DNA of 60,685 nucleotides, the filler included, from Blastocystis sp. subtype 4 (Eukaryota): NCBI RefSeq assembly GCF_000743755.1. It is 3 parts of 3 records of this genome, joined end to end, with 100 filler letters (N's around TTAATTAATTAA, not from the genome) between each part and the next. Parts side by side here need not be neighbours in the genome. Positions count along the whole stretch, not along the records: positions 40,652 to 60,685 come from NW_014569345.1; 2 more parts are not named here. One strand, written 5' to 3'. The translations under genes were made by a program, and so were the position numbers. How positions within the stretch are numbered: position 1 is the stretch's first letter; every line of letters starts with the position of its first letter. The notes below the pieces were generated by a model. It ran no database searches. It had not been told where the DNA came from and was given only the letters and a program-made list of their open reading frames with translations. This document shows, one piece after another, positions 51,844 to 60,685 of this stretch.

Positions 51844-52519
51844 AAGCTTCCTTAGGCTGATCAGGCTTAAGATTCTGGAAACCAACTAAAGCAATCTTGA
51901 TGTAAGCTATAGTCTTTACAATCATTAGTGCTGCTTGAGTCATTGGCCTCAAATCACAGAGTGCAACAGGAGTGTAACAGCCAAAGGAAATAACAACATA
52001 AAGCCACATGAAACGGAAATCATCTTGAGGACATCCATATACAGATACAAAGAGAAGGTATACAATAATGACACCCATGAGGATGAAAGGAGCATTTCGA
52101 ATCAGACTAACATGAAGATTATGGGCATTGTGAATCCAATCGTTCTGAGGAAGCAATAGAGTCACAATCCTGGCAAACAAGAGAATATACATAATTACAC
52201 GCGTTGTTTTGAGTGATTTCTTATACTTGACACTTATAACCTCAAGGAATATCATATAGAAGATGCTCATAGTAATAGCAGTAATGAGGTTGCCTATACC
52301 AATGGCAGACACAACACGGGGAGTGAGACCAAAGATCTTCGAATACATACGAGGAAACAGATGGAAACAATCGCCAAATCCAAGGAGGATACACATAATG
52401 GAAAACAGTGTGTAAGCCTTATTGTTTCCATGACACTTCCACATTGTGAATCCTATATAGAATATAGTTGCTAGATAAGCAATATCGAAACTGCACTCAA
52501 AGATATCAGGTACTTTCAT
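51844..52519 (-). CDS. Intronless multi-pass membrane protein of a bacterial (Firmicutes-type) family
   Basis: FDIAYL, LGFGDCFHLFPR, ITAITMSIFY, PQNDW, RNAPF, ISFGCYTPV, LMIVKTIAY; poly(A)-type end at T51844. Confidence 0.75.
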
Positions 52520-52623
52520 CCAAAGTGAATAAGAATCTGATCGAACTCTCAAGAATTCGAAGAACGAAGAAGATTCCACAAAGAACATTCGTTTGGTTCT
52601 GAACAAAAATAGGGCAAAAATGA

Positions 52624-55406
52624 TTAACTAAACGCCAATTTCACAATTGTCTCTTTGGCTGTTTGCAGAATCTGCTTCATGCTATCTCCTTTCGACGGCA
52701 ACGATGGACCCGAAGTATCAGGTTCAGCTTCAGCAAACTCTAGTAACCCTCCCAAACGATTTGGGTACTGAACATCTTTCAAGACCGCCTATTTGTAAGA
52801 AACTGTCAATATGACATACAGGACAGTAACGCTTCATGAAGTGATAAGTGCGATAAAGATGATCTGAATCATTATCTTCGTCATATAGAATGGTTGCAAG
52901 CTTGATCACATTCAGTAGCCATAAATGCAATTCCCCCTCTAGATCCTTAATATGTTTTGCCATTAGCAACAGCATTTCATCTAACATCTGCTGGCTATGA
53001 TAATAGTTCAACAAAGCATCATAATCACCCTCCCGTCGTAATGTTTGTAACGCCAATTTCGTAGCAGCACAATCCGTACCTCCATTCTGAAATAGTTCCT
53101 TTTTCGCTTCTACCAGATCTTGTGCTAATAATCCCGATCGTGTCAGATTTGACAACGCTGCTATTACCTTTGTTCCTGAGGCTCGAAGGAGATGTTCACG
53201 CAAATGATGATTCCTAACGATGAAAGAAGAGAAAGAAGCTTACAAGGCTAACTGAACCGGAATCTGAGAATGTAACAAACTCTGAAGATAGGTCAAAAGA
53301 ACAATTTGATAGGAGTTGGCAGAGAGAGACTGTGAGAGAGGTTGTAATACTGTCTCTAACAATTCACTCTGTGTTATGACAAGGTTTCCATTGAGTTCAC
53401 GAGTACTTCGAGTGATTGCAGATTTCTCTAAATAACTCTGTAAGTCCTTATTAAGACTGGCTCGATGTGTTAGCGAAGCATAATCTGTGTTGAGAACCTC
53501 GAAGAGTTGACTCAACATTCCCTTCTCCACTAAATGAGGAATGCGGTTACGTAACACATCCAGAAGGAGAGTACGTGGATAACGAGTGACTGGAGTATCT
53601 TCGATCTCCCATTCACCTTCAACACACACTGGAATTCGCGAACGACGACGCATCAAGAAGCGAATGTCCGCTAATGAAGCCTCCTCTTTCGATAACAACA
53701 AGATTCGTACAGTCAACAGAGCTCCTGTAGATTTGTCAATCAACACATTGTTATGAAGATAACTGATACACTCATCATACACACAACCTTCCCATTCCTT
53801 CTCTTCTGATACTGCTAGAATTGGAGAATCCCCGTGATATATATATGGGTCATCAGGTGAAATGCCTCGTTCAAACTGGATTCGAATTGGCCGCTTTTCT
53901 TGTCGTAAGAGCTGAAGCAACGAAGTGAACGTGTTTCCAATGACGAGATGACCATCAATGTGTGTGATATACGAACCTATCTCAACCTGAGACTTTACCA
54001 TTGGAGAGATAGTCGGAGCATAACCTTGAACAAAGCCAGAATTATCCAAGCAACCATGTACACGTCCATCCAAAGATGATACAAACAACCTACCAATAAA
54101 TAACAAAAATAGTCATTACTTTTGGAATGTAGATTCCAGTTCTAAGCCAATAGAAGGACTTGTAATCTGGACTTCATAGGAGTGATATGGTATAGCTTCT
54201 TCTACAGGCTTCTCGAAAGATGGGTCCTGTTCAAATGCTTGCTTCTCCTCAGGAGACATCTCAGAAGACTGATTTGCTCTGAGAAGAGTGAGTTCAGTGA
54301 CAGCATCTCGACTAACAGAAGGAATAGATCGATTGGAAGTTCCGTCGAAAGGAATGTCTGCCACATCGATAGCACATGATTCTTTGGAAGATCGGAAATG
54401 AACCATGATCAAATTATCACTGATTGAAAAGGAAGCAGGCCCATTTCGAGGTCTAGAATCAAAAAAGAGATTAGATCTTACAATGCTACTGTGTTGAAGA
54501 ATTTAAATTCATGATCACGATTACTGAAAGCAAATACAAAGAGATGACCGCGTGATTCAGAGTACTGACACAGATAAGTTGCTCGATACAGGGTTGATAC
54601 GAAGGTATTCGTCGATGTAGGAGCTTCTGAGAGAGTAAGAGTTTGGAGTTTCTGGAAATGAGTGAATTGACTTATACTTACAGAAACACCCATTTCTTTC
54701 ACTGTAAACACATAAACACGACTAGAACCAGCTTCCACAGCAATAATAAGTTGATTCAGACGATTACACCACAGGGTCTTCACTGCAAGCTTTACTGATT
54801 TGATCTATAATTAGAGAAGAGAAAACAACCCTACGAGTATAATGCCTTTGAGAGTTACATCATAGAAGAATAACGTTCTTGTTGAAGCGACAACCAAAAT
54901 GGGAGAAAATACAACAGTATCTTTCATTTCTTTTTTACTGTGCAACCAACATACACCTGAAGGGATAATGGTTTCCTTGGATTTCACAGCTAGTTTGAGA
55001 CAAGTATGTCTACATTCAATCAAATAGGGTGATCTTACTTTGGATCAATTAAGTTGAACACCTCAATAGAATTTGGACTTCGAAGGACGGAAATAAAACG
55101 ATGATCAATAGAAAATGACACCGAAAGAATAGGACCCTTTGGGATAAATGTAATTGGAGTAGACAGCTTTGGAGGGAGGAAGGAAAGGTCTGTTAGCGTC
55201 TGAAAGAAGAGACTAGTACATTAGTGTTTCACACAGACAACAAGTACATTGGTTGCGTTTCATGAACATATACAAGGATTTGAGAATTCCCGTCGTAACA
55301 AATCTAGATTTCAGAACTGGGAGTCATGCAAAACCTTAAACTTTGTAAGGTCAATCTTAAGGAAGTAAGGAGACACAACCAGTGTTCTTTTGCATTGAAC
55401 ACTCAT
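52624..55406 (-). CDS. RMC1: Regulator of MON1-CCZ1 (RMC1/Mic1/C18orf8)-like, with PDZ-like insertion, multi-exon
   Basis: KGPILSVSFSIDHRFISVLRS N-terminal motif; LTYLQSLLHSQIPVQ and LALQTLRR Mic1-type C-terminus. Confidence 0.65.
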
Positions 55407-55583
55407 GACTCCTGCGTAGATGTGGAGATATAGATTGATTTCCCTTTTCCAGAAATCAAGAAAATTTGGTTGATTCCAGAAATCCTGAATCAATGATTGT
55501 GTCTCTATGGTGTTTCTACCTTAAAGAAGGATATTGCTATTGTTTGTTGTTCGATGAACAGTATTTGGTTCAACAAATATGGA

Positions 55584-58500
55584 ATACAACAGAACCTCCT
55601 AGACGCACTATCTGATCACAATACAAGTGTCCTTCTGGTGTAGAGTAAACTATTGATCCTGCAGTCGAATACAAAGGTTGAATAAATGGCACGGCCAATG
55701 TTTCAGCAATCTTACAATTCACTTCCCTAAGAGCTTTCCTTCTCTCTTTTTGTCGTCTCACATAGGCAGCAAGTCTGTGACGATATAGAACAAGAGCAAG
55801 AATAATAACCATGACCATGACACCTCCAATCACAGCAATGAATACAATAGAACTTGGTACAGGACTAATATACACAGATCCATTCAATTCTATATTCCTA
55901 CACACAAAGCGCTCATTGGGATACTGTCTTTTCAAAGAATCACAAAACATACCATCTTGAGCAATAATAGACCACATATCAGTACGATATGAAGAAGGAA
56001 CTCGTGTATGAATTGAATACTGAATACAATTTGTCTTACTATAGTAATTGATACTATGTTGTTCAAGACTGATCATTGAACATTTCTCTTTCACATCAAA
56101 GACCATAAACTCTTTTAAATTATTGTGGAGAGAATAGGAGACAAGTTCAGATAAACGGTCTGTTGAACTATCAATAATACCTTCACCCATACCAGCTCGT
56201 ATTTCTTCAATTTGATATGTCCAACGAATTACTGTCTCATATCGAGCATGAGATTCAGTCACACAGTGAGTACTATTCGCTCTCCAGATTGGCTTATCTT
56301 CATATACACACTGACTGCGGATAAATCCTTGTTCTCCTTCAGGACAAGAGTAATACTTCCATGTTCCAATAGGAACATGTTGACCTGCTTCATCTGTACA
56401 ATAGAAGGCTCTCTCTGTTACAATAGTGAGTCCAGTAATCGTGAATCCAGTATCCTTCTCCTGACTATCATCATCACCTATGCTATCACTCCGTCAATAG
56501 AATTACTCAACACATCAATGAGAATATGATCTACAGGTCGAGTACTCTTTAGTACACGATAATAAGGAGCTGAGTTATATCCAAAGAGATTGTGACGACG
56601 ATCCGTACTTAGTCGATCAATATGACCTTCAGTATCGACAGAAGAGACCAGAATCTCTGCAGGAGTCAACAACAGAGTATCATTGTAATACAAACGCAGA
56701 TAACCGATGTGTTGAGGATAGGGAAGGAATAAGGAGAAGCGATGTGCATATGTACGAGCATAGTATGGCATATTGGAGAAGAGAAGTTGATCAAACGAGG
56801 AGGAAGACTATGGATGAGAGATTGAAACAGAAGATACAGTAGACGAAGAGACTTGAATCTCACGAGTTATAATTGAAAGAGGCGTTGCTATGGAGAAGAG
56901 AGATATCTGAAGTGATGAAGACAGAGAAGATGATGTGGTAGCAATCGCAATCACATTCCGACCATTCTCTACAAGCCAAGAAGAAGTCAAAACGGCTCGT
57001 CCAATCTTGAGCTTACCACTCTGTGAATTCGAGAGAGATTGCATTGAAAGACTCTCTTTCATATCGACTGTAAATACGAGATGTCCATTGAGATACACAA
57101 TCATTCCCTCTTGAAGCTGATAATATAGACCCAAGCTCTGAGGAACTGTCTCCACATTGAACTCCTTACGAAGTAGCCAAACAGGTTCTGTCATCGAATA
57201 AGTCTCTCCTGCTTTGTAGTTATTCCAATCTGATTCAGTAAAGTCTGGATCCATAAAGACACTAAGAAGGTCGGATGTTGCCGTTGTTGCTCTCCAGTCC
57301 GAGGCTCCGAATGGAATATAACTCATAAGAGTGAATTTCAATTGAGCTTGATTTCCATCTCGAACAGCAATTACAACTCCATGAATACGAACTTCAACAA
57401 TACACTCATCTTCTGGCTCCAAAGACACAGTATACGTACCAGCTGGGACTTCAAGGAATTGAGAGACAGTTGGAGTATAAACAGAAGGATATTTCGAGTA
57501 ATCAACATGAATCGTATTATTGATCAAGGAGAAGAAGGGAATAGATGAATTACTATGTGAAATCATCACTTGGAATTCCACTGGAAGGAGGTTCTTAACC
57601 TCATGATTCACTATCGATCAACACATACATCTGAACTTACTATGAACTGTTACAACTGACTGAAGTGTAAGGATCTTTTGTTCACAAGATACTGTTACTG
57701 TAACAGAATGAGAAGATGGTTGGAATGGAACGATAGTTCCTTGAAGACAACTCTCTTGTTCATTCAGACGATATCCAGTGAATGAGCTTGTTACCGTTAT
57801 ACTGCGAATCGAATAAGGAACTGTCCAAAAGACTGTAGGAAGAGTATCTCCTTCGAATCCAATAACTTCAGTTGTACTAGTCAGAGGTGATGATAGACTC
57901 AAAGAGAGGGAAGTAGTTCTCTTGTTTCGAGTTACAAATGACTGTTTGTGAGTACCATTCTTCCATAATTCATAAATACACTCTCTGGATGCAGTACAAG
58001 TCAACATTAGAGTATCTGCTTGATCTGTCTTATCAGAGAGTTCAATAAGTTGATTCTCCGAGACTTGTTTCTGTAACACAATAGTTCCATTCTGAAGTAA
58101 ACTCATGTTGCCAGATCCTTTACGCATGAAAAAGAAAGAGGAGCTCATTATAGTCGAGATCGTTAAATCAGACTGGATACAATTCATGCGAGAACACACT
58201 GTGACATAAACACTATTCTTCATGATCATTCTCATCACTTACTTTGCATTCCATGAATTCAGGATTTGTCCCCATAAATGGAATGAATCTGCTTGAATTC
58301 CCGTGGGTAATTTCGAACTCCATGTGATATTGTAGTCTGTAGATACATCAGGCAACACTGTGATATCGATGGATTCCATCATACTAGGCAACACAATATG
58401 ATCCACCAATTCTTGTTGATAGTTGAAGAAGCGGAGAGACTTTAGATAGGAGGATTCATCTTCAATCAACTCTCTATTCCATACCTACTCGTAATTGTGA

Positions 58501-60510
58501 GAACAAGCATAGTGGAAGCGATATCATGATTCTCAGCATCTATCACAGTTATGGTATATGTCTCATGAACAGGTTCTATTGGTATTCCCCTGATAGTTCC
58601 GTTCGCTTCCAACGAAAGACCAGTTGGTAATTGAGGAACAATATCAATCCACATCTCTGGAACAACAGGGAGATTCAAAGGATGAATGGAGATATATTTC
58701 TGACAGGTTGTTTGAATCACAGGAGACTGATAGTGAAAGAGAGAATGACGTGTGGTTGGAGTCGAGGTGTGCAGAGACACGGTGAAAGAAGGTTTATCAT
58801 GAGACGAACATCGAATCAGGACAGGAAGACGTGATGAGGAAGGACGGGCAATTAAGATCTCTTGTAATTCGATGGAGGGATCAAATACCACTTGATTATC
58901 AATGATCACTGAACATGTATTCTAATGTAAATTGAAAGAAGCTTGTGTACTCTAGCAGATACAGTGAAAGGTTTACTCTCAGTGACTTCAAGGAAGAAGA
59001 AATACTCTACTCGAGAAGGCTGGAGATAATCTTCCCATTTCCTAGAATTTGAAGGAAATAGAATTCATACACAAGAGGAAGATCTGTAAAGGATGAGATA
59101 ATAGTCTGAAGAAGAATGGTCCCGGAGATACGACTGATACTACAAATGAATGAAGGAATCAATCATTACAGAGAGACTTCGATACCTTCACAGGGTTCAA
59201 TAACAGGAAGAACAATTGCTGGCATAAAATACTCACCTGCAGAAGAGGTTACAGCCACTTGGAGAGATACTTCAGACTCTGTTGGATGGAACTGAATCAT
59301 TCCAGTAGGCGATACAATCACATCCTGAGTTGCATTGAGCAAACTTCGAAAGTGAAGCTCCTGTGGAACAAGAGAGTGTATGGGTACAGACTGAAGTACA
59401 TCATTCCACAATGTCGAAGGAAGTGAAGGAAGAGTAACAGAGAAGCTGGAAGGAGGGATGAATACTTCAGTATCAGCAAGAAGTCGCTGTACTGTATCAA
59501 GCTTAGCTGAATGGTAATACACAGCAAATGAATCAGTCTCTGTGACGGCTGCATAAGCAATGAGGAGATGATAGGAATTATCCAGCTTAATCGTGACAGA
59601 GTGCTTATGTGATCCATGGCCATCATCATCAAACAGAGGTTGATGGTGGTGATCCAGATACAGTAGCACAGGAGAAGAGCTAACTAAAGTGAGTGTGTAA
59701 ATCCCCGCTGCTGGTAGATGGAAGAGAGTACTTACAGAGACATAACGACGTGAAGAAGAAGCCAATGTACGAGGATCTTCGTGAGTAAACGAGAAGGCAG
59801 TATGATGATAACAGAACTCGATTTCCTCTTCTTGAAAGAGAGCACGGTCAACCGCTTCAATGAAAGAGATTGGCTTTAGAACGCATGTACGAACTCCTTG
59901 ATCAAATGTAGGAGCTCGGATATTAAAGGCTATGTCTCGTTGAATGGTGTGATTATTGAGTTCCGTAATGACAGAAAGATTCGTAAGCTCAGTTTTGAAA
60001 TTACCGAAGTATGAGATAGACTTTGTGAGAGGATCAAAATGAAGAGTATCAGGCGAAGGATTCACAACCTCACGAATCGGCATTGAGAAGGTTTCCTGGA
60101 GCTTGTAAAAGTCGGAATAGACATTAGGATACACATTCAGTGTCGTAACGTCGAAATGACTCTCATATTCTTCATCAGACCCCAGAACTACATGTAAATC
60201 ATTCAATGAACAAAAACTATTGATTGTAATGGTTGTATAAGACCGTGTGCAAAACACAAATACGGTGACATTATTGGCCAGAGCAGAGGGCGTCCCTGAG
60301 ATTGTCCCATTATTAAATACAAGTCCCTTGGGAAGAAAGAGTGAACGCAATGGGAATGATGAAGAGACAGAGCATGAAACTTCAGGAATGGGTTCATGTA
60401 TTCTTCCAGATATCGTAGATTCTGTACAAGTAACAACAGGATCTGTGATCAACTCTACCCATAACTCGGTTAATCGGTTTTCTACTTCCTAAAGCTGAAG
60501 ACAGAAGAAC
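55584..60510 (-). CDS. Large type-I membrane surface protein with putative Ig (He_PIG-like), PA14-like and sugar-binding-like domains; 5' end uncertain, may extend beyond window
   Basis: LPKGLVFNNGTISGTP, LPTGLSLEANGTIRGIP, PAAGIYTLTL..LLYLD..DDDGHG, DPDFTESDW..LRKEF..IVYLNG; one TM followed by a basic tail. Confidence 0.7.
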
Positions 60511-60685
60511 CGCTAAGAGAAGAGACAATTTCATTGCGAAAAACGAACACTTCACACGGCAGAATACAATTATTGAGATTATAGTGTGAATTTCTATTGG
60601 TTGTATCGAATCGTGGAGGATTCATTCTTGTTTTCACAGCTAATCAGAACCCAAATACTCCAACAAATGTTTGATTGAAAGCAAC

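Noticed and set aside
57440..57492. ATATCCTT on the minus strand as a further U12 donor
   Set aside because: Lies in an open, plausible coding frame (KYPSVY); no intron is needed and no AC sits at the short branch distance seen in the other cases.

Overview
Eukaryotic, extremely gene-dense nuclear DNA, almost certainly from the anaerobic gut stramenopile Blastocystis. This is an inference from three features: abundant ~28-34-nt spliceosomal introns, very short intergenic spaces, and a TGTTTGTT motif at most gene ends. About 27 protein genes or gene fragments can be reconstructed by splicing the fragmented ORFs: SDHA 3' end, a degenerate PsuG-PsuK fusion, DGK, VPS16, ABCF3, PFKFB, NSE3/MAGE, RBM26-like, AP-2 sigma, MATE, eIF4E-like, PCNA 3' end, TBC1D23, bZIP, Btz/CASC3-like, EHD-like GTPase, RPL7L1/Rlp7, coiled-coil protein, PanC, a large unknown protein, MetAP1, PQBP1-like, AP-4 mu 3' end, Hsp70-like, MAPK, HEATR5, a bacterial-type membrane protein, RMC1 and a large Ig/PA14 surface protein. 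Two assembly gaps carry artificial TTAATTAATTAA linkers. Main signals: (1) about ten genes have an in-frame T exactly 5 nt before the motif and upstream of any genomic stop, so poly(A) addition would create the UAA stop (a phenomenon already reported for Blastocystis); (2) two convergent gene pairs share a 15-nt palindromic double motif; (3) AT-AC minor-spliceosome introns, one splitting the DGK catalytic GGDG motif; (4) a doubly degenerate pseudouridine glycosidase/kinase fusion; (5) intronless LGT candidates. Exon boundaries were read by eye and no database searches were run.
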